Source of the DNA: Malacoraja senta
Taxonomy: Eukaryota
Length of the DNA stretch: 64,000 nt
NCBI GenBank assembly: GCA_038087875.1
Contig: CM075988.1
Coordinates: forward strand, 15,996,001-16,060,000
Direction of reading: 5' to 3'
Within the stretch, counting starts at the first letter, position 1, and each line of letters opens with the position of its first letter. This document shows, one piece after another, positions 25,701 through 40,700 of the stretch. The translations under genes and the position numbers were made by a program. The notes beneath the pieces are model-generated. The model had not been told where the DNA came from, made no database searches, and was given only the letters and a program-made list of their open reading frames with translations.

Positions 25701-28700
25701 GTGGAGGCAGGTTATCTGGATGCTTTCAAGAGAGAGCTAGATAGGGCTCTTAAAAATAGCGGAGTGTGGGGATATGGGGAGAAGGCAGGAATGGGGTACT
25801 GATTGGGGATGATCAGCCATGATCACATTGAATGGCGGTGCTGGTTTGAAGGGCCAAATGGCCTACTCCTGTACCTATTGTCTATTGTCTATCACACATT
25901 GGCATCAGAGGGAGAGACCCTTCAGGGATGAGCAAAGTAAAAAGGGACAGCAGGAAATCTGATAGTGAAGGTTACCTGGATAGTAACCTACAGACAGTGG
26001 GGAGCTAGAGGGATCAGCAGGACCATTTGTTCAAAGAGCAATGGGTCGAAGGAAACAGCGCAGCAATTGCTGTGAGTATTCATCAGGCAGCATCTGTGGG
26101 TAGAGAAACAAAGTTAAAGAATCCTTCGATAGAACTTGAAAAGTGAGTTAGAAAAAGTTTGCTTTAACTTGCTGAGAGGTGGAGAGGGAACAGAGACAAT
26201 GTTGTGAAAGTGTGGACAAGGTGGTCGATTGCTTCACTGTTGTCCAGTTAATAGGTGAAAGGGCAAACAAAGCAAAAAACAAAAGGACATACTGGAACCT
26301 TGAGATGTAGGGTAGAGTCCCTGGAGATTTAAAAGAAAAGGGAATGCTGGATATACTCGTATTGATAAACCAGCTGAAAAAAGGTATCTATTGGAGGCTC
26401 GATGTAGAACACTGATGTTGGAGAATAAATGGGTGCATCATTTGACATATGATCTGAAGGCCAACACAAAGCATACTCTGTACTGGAACTCTGGTTCTGT
26501 AGCTCTCCTGTGAATATTGGCTCTCTGACTCTCAAGCTTCAACTCGGAAGACTATGACTTGCTTTATTGTATGTTCATATAGTCAGCGACTCTTCTAGTA
26601 ATAGGCTACATGAATAGCCCTATATTGTTGAGTATAAAGGACACTTCAATGTGAAGTGTTTGAGGCAAGTCTGGTTTATCAGCGAACGTCATAGTGAAGT
26701 TTTAACCTGTGATAAACTATTACTTGCTAAAGACTCCTCAATGTGCGGAGAAGCCAGATTGTGTGAAAAGTAAGGAATTTCAGCAGGTGGTCTCACACAG
26801 TCCATGAACGCTGGGCAGAGGTTCCAATAACCAGCTGCAAGATAACCACGTGCCAGAAACAGATTTTGGGGCAAACCGCCAAAGTAGCAATCGAACAGTT
26901 AACTGGAAAAGTTCAGTTATTTCCCCCAATATGTACCTTCCAAGCTCAAAATTGATCCACAAGGTTTAGAATGCAAGGTCTATCATTGGTTTGTTAACTA
27001 TATTGTAAAACAAGGAGATTCATACTTATTTTTGTTTATATTTACAATGGAAATACATGTAAGTATTAATTGGTTTGGATAAAAGGTAATTGACCTGAAG
27101 CATCAGTCTGAAGAAGGGTCCCAACCCGAAACGTTACCTATCTATGTTCTTCAGGGATGCTGCCTGACCCGCTGGGTTAGTCCAACACTTTGTTTCTCCT
27201 TTTGGCTTGAAACATTAACTATATCCTCTCCCCATAGATAGATATGATCTGCTGTGCATCTCCACCCTTTTTCATTTTTAATGTAGATTTCCAGGATCCA
27301 GTGTTGTAAACAAAGTGGAATTTACTTCTTGTTGGGTCATTCATTCCAAATCATTTCACTGCTGGTGACTATCTATAAGCAGTAGTAGTTTGCTTTCCTT
27401 GCTACAGATATCCAGACATAGTTCTGGTTTGACATGACACCATTATATCTGATTTTGCAGGGTAGTTGCCCAGCTGTTCACATGGTGCTCTGTGGCCAGA
27501 GGCAAAGATCAGGGTTTACCCCAATGAAGGCACATAGATAAGCTTAAACTGATATGACAAACATAATTGATCACATCAATCAAGTCACATGGATCAGCTT
27601 CAACTGATATCCTTGTCACAGAGGTAGTTATGTTTCTGTCATAAACTCCATGTCCCAGGTTAGTGAAAGTCTCAGCTGAACCTTCAGAGTCCTGACTGGT
27701 TCACAAATGAACAAGTACCCATTGTATGTAGGAAGGAACTGTAGATGTTGGTTTATACCAAGGATACACATAAAATACTGGAGCATCTCTGGAGAAAAGG
27801 AATAGGTGACATTTCTGGTTGGAATGCCTACTTTGAAGGGAGTTCTCTCACTCACTTTCTCCCTCTGTGATTCCTACTGTTCTCCGGCTCTACGACCACG
27901 TTTTAACCCGGACCTATTACCACAGCCATGAGTCTGAAGAAGGGTTCCAACCTGAAACATCGTCTATTCCTTTTCTCCAGAGATGCTGCCTGACCTGCTG
28001 AGTTACTCCAGCATTTTGTGTCTAAATACCATAGGTGTTTACATTGTCAACTCGTGCTAGAAACCAACCTGCTGACTCGGGATCCATCAGGCTTGGATCA
28101 GGAATGGGCTAGTTTGAACTGAGACCAAGTTAATTGGGTTTGGAACAGGACATACCTGGAGTGGGGGCAGTGTTGTTAAAGTCATGGTTCAGATGGGATT
28201 TAGTTGGCCAGAGTCCTTGCACCTGATCTCCAAGCAAATGTTTCCTATTGTATTTTCTGTGTGGGTGGGGGCGGGGGGGGGAATTGGGCTTGGTCACCAT
28301 GTTCACATTGTCAAGCAATATTTCAGAACCTTTTGTTCAGAGAATGGTCAATATGCCAGGCAATTTATAATGTTTATTTTACTCTGGAGAGGGCACTGGG
28401 AATTGCAGAGTTACTCCCCGGGCAGTTTGGTAACAGAAGGATTAGTATTTCCTAGATAGGGTTTTGTTAATGGAATTAAATAACAGCATGGAAAGTCATG
28501 AGATGGAATTAAAGTGTAGGGAAGCAGAAATAATCATCCCCATTCACAGAACAAATGTAAAAGGAATTTCAAAATCTGTTTGGTCCTTTGTTCCCAGGCC
28601 ATTGATCCCAATTCCTAGAATTACAGATTATATCTCGTGATTTTTCAAAAATTTAAAGTCAGCATTGATAAACCAGCTCGGAACCTTGGTAACTTGATTG

Positions 28701-31700
28701 GTCAGAATGAATGGTGCAAGGTTAAATTCACAACTTGGAGATTGTCACTTGTTCAAATCACGTGTGGCACTTCTAGTAAACAGACTCTACTAACAGGTGG
28801 ATCATCTAGCACAGCTCACTCTTTCTTCATAGTCACAGTCAGATTTGTCCGCCACGTGCACAGTAAAGTGCAGTGAAATGAACTTGCCTCTTAGTCTGGG
28901 GGTCATGGGCCCTTGTCCCACTCCAGAGTTTGGAACACGGTCTTGCCCGGCATTCTTCCCGCAACAAATATTAATGGATGTTTGTTGATTCTCAAAGCAC
29001 ATAAAATAGCAACAAAATGTATATAGGACTTCAAAAGTAATTTGTATGATCCGTCTGATGAAGGTCTCGACCCGAAACGTCGTCTATTCCTTTTCTTCAG
29101 AGAAGCTGCCTGACCCGCTAAGTTACTCCAGCATTTGGCGTGATTCCGCATCTGCAGTTCCTTCTTGCACATGATTTGTATGGGTATTTCTCCCAGACTG
29201 GATCAGTGGTCTCACTGTTTTGTATTAGGATGCTTGTTCTTTGTGGGCAGTCCCTCAGGTTTGAGGATGACTTGCCTCTACTTTGCTACAGTGGTTTCTA
29301 ATGTGACCACTGCAGAAACTGCAGATTCTTCCACACACAGGGCAGGAGATATCTGTAAGGGAGCCTGGGCAGGTAGTTTGTTCTCCTTCCACCACAATGC
29401 TGGGGTTGTCTGTGCTCTCAATGCAGGGCCATGCTGACTCTGAATTCCATCCCCAAAGCTCCTTCTCCACTTTGAGCAGTTAGGGGCTGGAAATCCATAG
29501 TAGTCAGTGGGGATATCATATTCTTTCAAGCAAGTTTTGAGCACATCCTTGAATCTTTTGCTCTGACAATGTGGTCATCCCTTCCAAATAGAGTTTCGGG
29601 CCCGAAACGTTGGCTATTTCCTTCACTCCGTAGATGCTGCCGCACCCGCTGAGTTTCTCCACCACTTTTGTCTACCTTCCAAATGGAGATTGGGTTTGTT
29701 TCATGTGTCTGGTGTTGGCCATATATGACATGACCTGCCCAAAGTCACTGACCAAGTGCAACCTGAGCCTCAAGGTATAGGTTGACCTGGAAGAGGACAT
29801 TGAGGTTGGTCTGCTTATCATTCTGCATGGTGGTATTTTCAAATATTTTGAGGTCCCAGCTTTAGGGAGTCCAGGTCACAGAAACATAGAGGACAGGGAT
29901 GGATGGATGGATGGTGTGGGTTTACACATGAGTAATAAGGTCATAAGTGATAGAGGTAGAATTAGGTCATTCGGCCCATCAAGTCTACTCCGCCATTCAA
30001 TCATGACTGATCTATCTCTCCCTCCTATAGATGGCAAATATGCCAAGAACACTATGGTGGGCCTTGTTTTCTACTGATCCATGTGAGCCAGTAACTTGTT
30101 TATATCAAGATTCTTCACTGAATGTGGGCAGAAGCTGTGGGAACTGGGTAGTGTGATTATGGCTGGATCTGATTTAATTGGACAGCGTGCAAAGACAAGT
30201 TTTACACTGTGCCTCGACACACGTGACATCTAACCAAACTCCAATACCTAACACCTAGCTGCCATTTGCAGATCATTATAGTGACAGCCAGAGTTTGGTT
30301 GTCATGCTTAATCCAGCCTTGGTAAAGATGGATTAAACATGATCTACCCCAATGCTCAAACTACAATCAATTTAAAAAAAAAACATTCACAGTACATATT
30401 TGAATGCTTTTTGGATTAATCCCCCTCACATGAAATGAATTGTAATATTTCCCAAGTCATTTTTCTTGTTGAGAAACATATCTGGTAAGAATAGTTTATT
30501 GATCAAATTATATTGTTTGTAATTAGCTTCAATTGAATTCCTGATGATGTGTGTGAATTGCTTACGCCCCAGCAATTGATGGCATTATGTTATTGCCATT
30601 CTAAGGCTCCTTTCTTTTGTTGCGTATAATAATTACCAGATGGAGAAGATGTAGGTTATTTTAGAAGTTGTCACAACTTGAAGGAATGAGTTAGGGAAAG
30701 AGTTTGTGGAGGAATTAATTTACTTCCTGGAATGTAGAAGACTGAGGGATAATCTTATAGGGGTATATACAATCACGAGGGCATGGATCGGGTGAATGTA
30801 CACGGTATTTTTCCCAGAGTAGGGGCATGAAGAACTAGAAGGCATAGATTAAGGTGAGAGAGGAAAGATTTAATAGGAATCTGGAGGGGCGGGGGGGGCA
30901 ACTTTTTCACACAGAGGGTGAAATACATATGGAACGAGATGCCAAAGGAAGTGGTTGAAGCAAGCAAAATGACATTTGGACATTGATGGTTGCTTAGTCG
31001 AGATGAATCCTGCCACTCATGCATTGTACCAACCCCCTTCTCACCAGGGAACTCGTACCCCAGAGATTGGTGGGACCTGTTGCAACCCATGAAGAATCTG
31101 TACATGTGGTACTTATATCCCAGGGAGAATTGGTAATCAAGAGCTTAGGTGAGGGAAAGAGGGAACTTTCTTTTGATTAAAAACTAAACGTTCAGCTTCA
31201 TGTCGGGTTAATAAGTATCCATGTCAGAACATGTTTAATTGGCTTTCTTTTGTTATGTGCAAGGATCTGAGAACATTGAGTGCTGGGATTACTGGCATTA
31301 CTGTTTACACCAACTCTGCTTAAGGTGTTTGTTCCACCCTTATGTTTTTCCCCTACTAATTAATTCAAAGCCCAATTGGACTCCCATCTGTGAGACTATT
31401 ATTTGTCGGAAAATTTTAAATCTCCAATTTAATCTTTTTTTCCCCTATTTTTGTTTTACAGAATTCTAAAACCAACCAGGGGCTTGTGGGACTTCGGAAT
31501 CTGGGCAACACTGTAAGTTTTATTTTCAGTTGGAAAAAGATTAACTTGATTCTGGATAATCCCCAGAAGTTGGCACTCATTTAGGAATGTGTTTTGCAGT
31601 TGTTTTCATTGATTTGAAGGGGAGCTCAGTTGGATGACATGGGGTGCAGTATAAAGGCTAATTCTTGGAAAGTCCAAGCCACTCTTGGAGAATTGGCAGC

Positions 31701-34700
31701 ATTAGAGTGACTCCTTCACGGCAATAACTTTTAGTTAAGTGACTATAATGACGGGATTCATTGGACACTGAGCAGCATGGTGGCGCAGCGGTAGAGTTGC
31801 TGCCTTGCAGCGCCAAAGATGTGGGTTTGATCCTGATTATGGGTGTTCTGTAATATGTTTATCAGGGCGATAGCCTTAACGGCGATGAATTTGGTTGTAA
31901 AGGGCTGGAATGGAAGACACCTTGGAATATTTTTGTGTGCATTGGGTATTAATTCACCAGTGTTATCAATGGCACAAGGTGAGACAGTAGAAGTTCAAGA
32001 CAGTTTGTGAACCAAACCCAAAACAGCCCTTGTTGATTAAACACTGGCTCACTGTTTCCATGTTGTGGAAATGGTGGCACGGGATTTACAAGCCCCACCT
32101 GAACCCAAGACACCTGCTTTTGTCTCTGTTGTATAAACGAGCTGAAGTTGCTAATTCAAACTATGTTTAAGCACAGCTCTTAAAAGCAAATCCTGAGCTC
32201 AAGCTTGCAGGTGGGGGATTAGTGAACTGTTATGAAAGAAAATAACTCGGGACAAAACTGCCGCTGCCTCTTGATGTGGTGCAGGGGGCTGCGGTAGTGT
32301 AGGGGGGGCTGAGGTAGTGTAGGGGGGGCTGAGGTAGTGTAGGGGGGGCTGAGGTAGTGTAGTGAAGGTAGTGAATCCTTCGAGAGTTTTTCTTTGGCTT
32401 TGGCAGGCTCAATCCTGACAGATGTAAGTATTCTGATGAAGCTCGGGACTGCAGTTGGGGCTGCAGTCTCCATTCACTGGGTCTGTTTGGGATTCAAACC
32501 CAAGATGTTCTGATAGAGACAGGGCTTCTATCGCAGAGTCAAAGGCTGGTGTCATAGTTTAGGAAGTCATATTTATGCGTTGATGACCAGAAGAAGGAGG
32601 AAAACAGGAAACAAAGGACACGATAGAATGTGTAGGAAGGAACTGCAGATGCTGGTTTAAACCGACAATAGACACAAAATTCTGGAGTAATTCAGCGGGA
32701 CAAGCAGCATCTCTGGAGGGAAGGAATGGGTGACGTTTTGGGTCGAGACCCTTTCGTCAGTTTGGCCTAGTATCCTGGAATTGTTATTTTAGATTTATCT
32801 CTCTTCTTCCATCTCTTGAATATTTTTTATCACCAAGTTACTATGGCCCATCTTTTGTTTCTGTTGCTGTTAAGAGTTAAGCAAGTCATTGATACCTGTG
32901 TATGAAGGAACTGCAGATGTTGGTTTAAACCAAAGAGAGACAAAAAATGCTGGGGTAACTCAGCGGGACAGGCAGCATCTCTGTAGAGAAGGAATGGGTG
33001 ACGTTCGGGTCGAGACGCTTCTTCAGACTGTGGCTCCTCAGTGCAAAGTTGTCCTGCCCTTGGGATCCATAGCAGCGTCTTAGTTATTGTTTGCGGAATA
33101 ACTCTGAGTCATTCCACCTTTTATTGCCTCTGATGTATGCGGTCATTAACATTCCTTTTTCCATCTCCACATTTGCTACAGTGCTTCATGAACTCCATCT
33201 TGCAATGTCTGAGCAACACCCGGGAGCTGCGAGACTATTGTATTCAGAACAACTACCGGCGAGAGCTCAATAACCGGAGTCGCACCAACACAGCGCTCAT
33301 GGAAGGTAAGCACTCCTGCCAAACCTCCTATTAGAGTAATGGGACTGCGCTGAAACCTCTTCTTCTCATGTCAGAGATGCCACCTGATCCCCATTGTGCA
33401 TTTCCAGCAGGTACTGTTTATATCCCCTGATTACAATAAAGTGTTGCAAAATGTGTGGCAATTCCATACCCAGCCCCCTGAGGTTTCTTGAATACTGCAC
33501 CCAGATTTCTACCATCACAACTGCTGCCTATTGATCATACATCAGCAATAGTGTCGACGTTGGAGGTACCTCAGGAAAATATATTTGCTTCCAAATTTTC
33601 AGTGGTTTTACTGCCAAGCACTTTACACATGTAAACCATCCAGCAATGTGTGGCAAAATAAATGAGCCCATCAGCTGCATATCACCAAGAGTTCCAACGT
33701 GATTTGCATCACAGGCCTTGCAAAATGACAGCTGACACTCAGTCTCAGGCGTTTCATAAATGTACTCAATTTCAAAGGTCCCCGGTGCTGCAGTGCCCAT
33801 GTTGTGTGTCATCAGCTTCCATTTCCAGACTGTTGTAGTGCAGAAAAGGATGGATGGAAAGCTGGATGAGGAAGTGAAGAGGGAGGTTCAGGTGGGGAAG
33901 GTGAGAAGAGCCTGGTCACTGACCTTGATTCTCACAGTGAGTGGACTACCTCTGGCAGTTTTGTACTGAGACAAAAGGAACTGAATAAGCAAGGAAACGG
34001 TATTAAATAGTTATTCAGAATTAATATTTTGGGCTCATCTTGCTTTTGGTCTGCCTAGAATGGCTCTGTTTGCATCCCTCTAAATCCTCTCTTGTAAAAT
34101 CAGTGTTTGTAGGTTTGATTTCCTCCTGAATGAGGTAAAGTACCAGGAAACATCCCATCAGCAATCTGTCCAAAAATCGCTTTTCTCTTGGCTGGAGTTT
34201 TTAGTTTTGATTCTTTTTTTTTTGTCTTTTGAAATTAATGGGGATTGTTCACCTTGGAGTAGAGAAGGTTATTGAGAGACTCACATTTAACAGATGGTCT
34301 CACAGTGTTAGAGTTGCATAGCATGGAAACAGGTCGTTCAATGCACAGAACTTAGGCTGATTATCAAGCACCCAGTTACACCAATCCTACACTCAGTCTA
34401 TTTATGCTCCATACCTTCCCTACAACTCTCCGGGCCTCTGGCACTCATCTGTACAATAGGGACAATTTACTTTGGCTATTTAAATGACCAATCTTCATGT
34501 CTTCAGGATATGGGGTTGGGAACTGGAGCATGTAGTCAACAGAAATAATGAGCAAACCACACGCAGACGGCAATGGAAATCAGGATTTAGCATGGATCAT
34601 TGAAACTGTGAGGCAACATTACAACCAACAGGACCACTGTGCAATCCAGAGAAATAAGGAGAAACTGTTTCCAAGGCAGAAGAGTCAATAAAAAGAGGGA

Positions 34701-37700
34701 ACAAATTTAAGTCAACAGCAAAGGGACTGCAGGCACCATCATGGCTCATTTGTTCATACACCAAATTACATTGAAATGCCCAGCCTGAAAGAATGTTTGA
34801 GGCAGAATAGGAGAATTGAAAGATAATTTTTGGGGGGCTCTAAGGAAAAAGTAGGATAGTGAAGCTATTGGAAAGTTTTGTTCCATGTATAATGGTGCCA
34901 GCACAACCTGGCTCTCAACATCAGTAAGACCAAGGAACTGATTGTGGACTATGGTACCGAAAGGATGAGGACCCACAATCCTGTTCACATCAATGGGACG
35001 ATGGTGGAGAGGGTCAATAACTTCAAATTCCTGGGCGTGCATATTTCCAAAGATCTTTCCTGGACCCAGTACACCGATGCAATTATAAAGAAGGCACATC
35101 AGCGACTCTACTTCCTGAGAAGATTACGGAGATTCGGCATGTTGAAGAGGATTCTCCTAAACTTCTACAGGTGCACGGTAGAGAGTATACTGACTGGTTG
35201 CATCGTGGCCTGGTTCGGCAACTTGAACGTCCAGGAGTGAAAAAGACGACAAAAAGTTGTGACCACTGCCCAGTCCATCACCGGCTTTGACCTCCCCACC
35301 GTCGAAGGGATCTATCGTAGTCACTGCCTCAAAAGGGCAGCCAACATCATCAAGGACCTACACCGTCCTGGCCACACACTCAGCTCACCATTGCCATCGA
35401 GAAGAAGGAGCCTGAAAACTGTAACGTCCAGGTTCAGGAACAGCTTCTTCCCTGCAGCCATCGGGCTATTAAACACAACAATGAATAAGCTCTGAGCTCT
35501 GAACTGCTGAAGACTATATTATTATTATTGCACTATATTTGTTATTTATTGAACTTTTTCTTTTTTTTTCTCTTCCCCCATTATGTACTATGTTTACATA
35601 TTCACAAATTCTGTTGCGCTGCAGCAAGTAAGAATTTCATTGCCCCATCCAGGACACATGACAATAAAACACTCTTGACTCTTGGGTGCAGGGCTGCAGA
35701 GCCGAAGTTTCTCATTCTGTACAATTCTACAAAAACATCTAAAATAATTTGAGTACACTTCAAACTGCACTGAATAATCCCACCGAATCTCATTGCCCTC
35801 TGTTCTCTCTTTCAGAATTTGCAAAGCTGCTCCAGGCTCTTTGGACATCCTCCAGTAATGACCCCATCAGTCCTTCTGAGTTCAAAACGCAGATCCAGAA
35901 ATATGCTCCACGATTTGTGGGTTACAAGTAAGTGACGACCAAATGATATCTAATACTATTGAAACCAGCCATCACAATTTTCTTCCTTGTGTTAAATTAT
36001 CTCTATGTCTTGGTGGTAGTGAAATGTGTTATAGAAATGCAAGTTTACCCATTCTTCGTCACCGGATTGTATTTGTGAATCCATTTACTCACTCAGTCAA
36101 CAGGACGCACAGGAGTTTCTCCGTTTCCTGCTAGACGGACTCCACAATGAAGTGAACCGAGTGTCAGTGCGGACCAAGGCTACAGTGGAGGACTTGGACC
36201 ATCTCAAGTAAGTAGACGTGTGATTGATGCCTTTTCATTACTGTTTGAAATCGCCTGCTCACAAATTACTCAGTCTTAACCCTGGTGTGGATGGATTGAG
36301 CCAAGCAGTTGAGTTCCATTCCTGAACTTACTGCTTCACTTCCCTCCTTAGATTCTAACGAACCATTTGGCTCCACATGGATCACTTCACCTTAATTTAT
36401 CTTGCATTCTCTAATTTTATTTCTTCCCACTTCCTCATGTATTTCTTGTCAATTATTTGTTCCAATTACCCAGAATAATTTCCAGTAAGTTGTACAATCC
36501 ATTCCATTCCCGTACTTTCCCAGGTACAACTTACTCTTAACTTTTCCTTTCTCTTCTCAGAATATCTCCACGTAGTGAACAAGTTCTTAATTTCCTCTTG
36601 GCAATCTTCACAGTTAACCAATGGTGTGATTAAACTGTTGATTGTATTTTTCATTCAGTTACAGAGATGGTGACTAAAAATAACTTCTGTTCCTTATTTC
36701 CCTGATGTTATTGTGGCTTCAGAAATCTCCCATATTTAGTAGTGTGAGATGAAGATGCCACCCAAATCTAATTCCCTTGAACAGCCATCCATGCATTGCT
36801 GCTGTCTCATTTTGTCTGGGCTGTTTAATCTGACAATTTTTTCAAAAATGAAGTAATAGCTAGAATTTATATAAAATTCAGAACATCGATAACACCTTGT
36901 ACATAATTTTATGTTCTTTATGTTGAAAATTGTTACTATTCAATTGTTCGTATCTTAATTTAAACATTGCTGTCCCCTTCTAGTGATGATGAAAAAGGTA
37001 GAAGAATGTGGAAGAAATACCTCGACAGGGAAGACAGTCGGATTGTAGGTAAGTGTTAAAGATTTAGTCTGACATATGCACTTCGTCACGTACAAATGTC
37101 TAAGTATCTACTAACTAAGTTGCCTAACTGAGCTCATCCCATCTGCCTGAGCCTAGCCCATATTCCTCCAAAACCACCTTTTCATGTAGTTGGCCTGGTG
37201 TCTTTTCAATGTCATAATTGTACCCACCTCTAAAACCTCCTCTGGCAGCCTGTGCACACCATCCTCTGTGTGATAAAGTTGCCCTTCGGGTTCTTTTTAA
37301 ATCTCTCCACTCTCAACAAACCTATGCCTCATAGATTTTAACTTTCCTACATTGGGGAAAAGACTGTGACTATTCATTTTAGCTACTGTATGTCTTTCAT
37401 GATTTTATGTACCTCCATAAGGTCAGTACTCAGCCTACTATGCTCTAGGGCAAAACGTCCTAAACCATCCAGCATTTCCTTATAATTCACGCCCTCCAGT
37501 CATTGTAACATCATTGTAAAGTTTTCTGTACCTTTTCCAGTTTAATGTCATCCTTCCAATAGCAGGGTGGCCAAAACCGTACACAGTACTCCAAAGGTGG
37601 TGTTACTATTGTCTTGTACCATTAAATCCCCACTCCTGTACTTGCTACCCTGACCGATGAAGAAATGCATGCCAAACTCGTTCTTCACCTCCCTATCCAT

Positions 37701-40700
37701 CTGTGTCGCCACTTTCAAGGAACTATGTACCTGTACCCCTAGGTGTCTCTGTTCCACAATATTCTCCAGGGCCCTATCATTTCCTGTGTAAGTCTAGCAA
37801 TGATTTGTGTTAGCAAAATGAAACGCCTCACATTTATCCAAATTAAATTCCATCTAATTTTCTGATTTCCTTTTTTTCAGATCATTTTGTGGGCCAATTA
37901 AAAAGCTCTCTAACCTGCAGTGAGTGCGGCTACTGTTCCACAGTCTTTGACCCCTTCTGGGATCTGTCCCTACCCATCTCAAAGGTGAGAACCTGCAGTT
38001 CAATTCCAGGCCACCAATTCATGGCAAGAAGTACAATTTTCTTGTATCTTGTATTTACCCCAGTACTATTTTTCTACGTGTTTAAACCTTCCCCAAAGTT
38101 ACAGAGATTTTTAACAGAATTTGATTGCATCGGGTTTAAATTCAGGCTTCCAAAAGTGTCCGAGTCTTGCACTCGGGAAAGCAGGGATACAGAAAAGGTT
38201 ACATTAACTGGCAACAGCAGGAGTGTGCGCCCTCCATTATTTTGCTGATGTTCAGATACAATCTGACAACAGTGGGGGCATAGGGAGACACCATCAACTG
38301 CAGATACTGGAATCAAACACAAAGTACTGGAGGTATTGCGCGAGTCAGGCAGCATCTGTGGAGTGAATGGACAGACAATGTTTTGGGCAGGGACCATTCT
38401 TTAGACAGATTGGAGTTTGGGGTAGAAGCTGGAAAAGAAGGAACCTGGGTTAAGGGTTCTCATGACTATTAGCAGCCTATTTTGGTGATTACATAAAATT
38501 ACATTGTAGCATTCCTACTGATATTTTATCATTATCAGTATTTTATAAAACATGTTCTGAGTTACTTATTAATTCCAGCTGTGGATGGTTTTGCAGAAAA
38601 GCTATGGAGAAGTTTCACTGATGGATTGTATGCGACTGTTCACCAAAGAGGATGTTCTGGATGGAGATGAAAAGCCAGTAAGTTGATCCTTGATGCTTTG
38701 ATTAATGGAGTTCCATCAATGCATGTGAGGGTTAACAGGTCACCTAACCTGTCACCATCTTTTATGCCATTTACTATGTTTTCCAAGTAATTTTCCGTGA
38801 AAGTCATTCAGTTTAGTTTTCCAAATGCATTCCATCAACAGCAAACTTGAATATATTAGATTTTGACCCTATATTATTATGATTATAAATTGTAACTAAA
38901 AGGCCCAAACTCTAATCCTTGAGGTAACCCACTTGTAACAACATGCCAACCTGAAATAACTCTTTTATTCCATTGATTGTTCCTTGTGTATCGTATGTGT
39001 TACATTTTCAAGAGCTCTATTGAACATCAGATATCATTTCCCTTTAATAAATAATTATGTTGAATCATGTTATTTCCTACTATAATTATATCATCTCAAA
39101 TTTCAAAGCAAGAAATAATTTGCTTCCAACATTTTTTCACCTCAAATATGTGCCAATGTTCAATTGCTCCTGAGCCTCTGGTCTTGAGAAACTACTTTTT
39201 AGTGGTTAAAATGTTTTAAAGATTAAATCAAAAAAACAAAATTTCTAAAAAGGACACAAAGTGCTGGAGTAACTCAGTGGGTCAGGCAACATCTCTGGAG
39301 AACATGAAAGGTGACGTTTTGGGTCGGGACACTTCTTCAGACTGAATCTGAAATGTCACCTATCTACGTTCTCCAGAGATGCTGCCTGACCTGCTGAGTT
39401 ACACCAGCACTTTATGGGTTTTTTTGTAAACCAACATCTGCAGTTCCTTGTTTCCACCTTATTTTCTAAAACTATTTCTTCAATCAAAAGAAAATAGAGG
39501 TAAAAAAAAAATGCTATAAATGATGCGTAGCAAAATCAATTTAATAGGAACTAACAATTCTTTGCTGGCAAGGAATATTAGAGATTTGGAATGTGGGTGA
39601 TTAACATATTTTATGTTCAATTAGTGCTTAATATTTGTCAACCAAATTTTCTTCCCTTCTTTACCGAGATGATTTGAGATTCAAGAGAGTTTATTGTCAT
39701 GTGTCCCTGATAGGACAATGAAATTCTTGCTTTGCTTCAGCACAACAGAACATAGTAGGCATGACTACAGAACAGATCAGTGTGTCCATATACCATTATA
39801 TAAATATATACACACATGAATAAATAAACTGATAAAGTGCAAATAAACAGATAATTGGCTATTAATGTTCAGAGTTTTGTCTGAGCCAAGTTTAATAGCG
39901 TGATGGCTGTGGGGAAGTAGCTATTCCTGAACCTGGTTGTTGCAGTCTTCAGGCTCCTGTACCTTCTGATTGATGATTGATTTGCTCCTGGGGTAAGGGT
40001 GTTACCATCTGCCCATTATTGAAATAAATGCGTGCAAATGGCAGTTGTACCCAGAGGGCATCATCACATCAGTACAAATCTTTCTCACCATCGCCAGCAT
40101 GAGTCATGGAACAATGACCAAACATGACTGCCCCGCCCACTTGCCTCTCTGACAGATCTGATAACTCGATTTAATGTTACACAGCCTCAGAGGGTTCATT
40201 TGTGAGATCAGCTTATCATACCCTCAATGTGTACAATTAAGTGATGATATGATCAAAGTTTTTTAAACCGCAGAAAGTGTAGATCATGTAGATAAAAAGT
40301 ATCTCTGGTGGGGAGCACAGAACAATGGGAAAAAAAAGTTCCTTAATGTTAAAACTAGGTAATTCAAAAGTGAAAGCAACAAACATTTTTTCAGACAATG
40401 CTGGTGAAATTTGGAACTTTTCCCACTACAAACTATGGATGTGAGGGACACTAGGTATTTTTAAGACACAAACAGGTTGAACAAGATTAACAGTAAGCGT
40501 GAGCAAAAATGGATGAACTTATATAACATAGTCTAATTGAATGGAGGAGTGGAATGGCCTACCTAAATGTTTTGTAGATCCATATAGACTTGTGAGTGTC
40601 CTACTTTGTTTTGAGTGAATTTTAGTATGTGCCTTCTCTTAGCTTCCTGGCTCTAACTCTAGTGCCTCTGTGTTCCAGACCTGTTACAGATGCAAAGTCC

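Noticed and set aside
32310-32360. Repeated TGAGGTAGT identical to the let-7 5' end
   Set aside because: The match stops after 9 nt, there is no pre-miRNA hairpin arm, and it is the miRNA-sense sequence rather than a target site on the USP2 strand; coincidental
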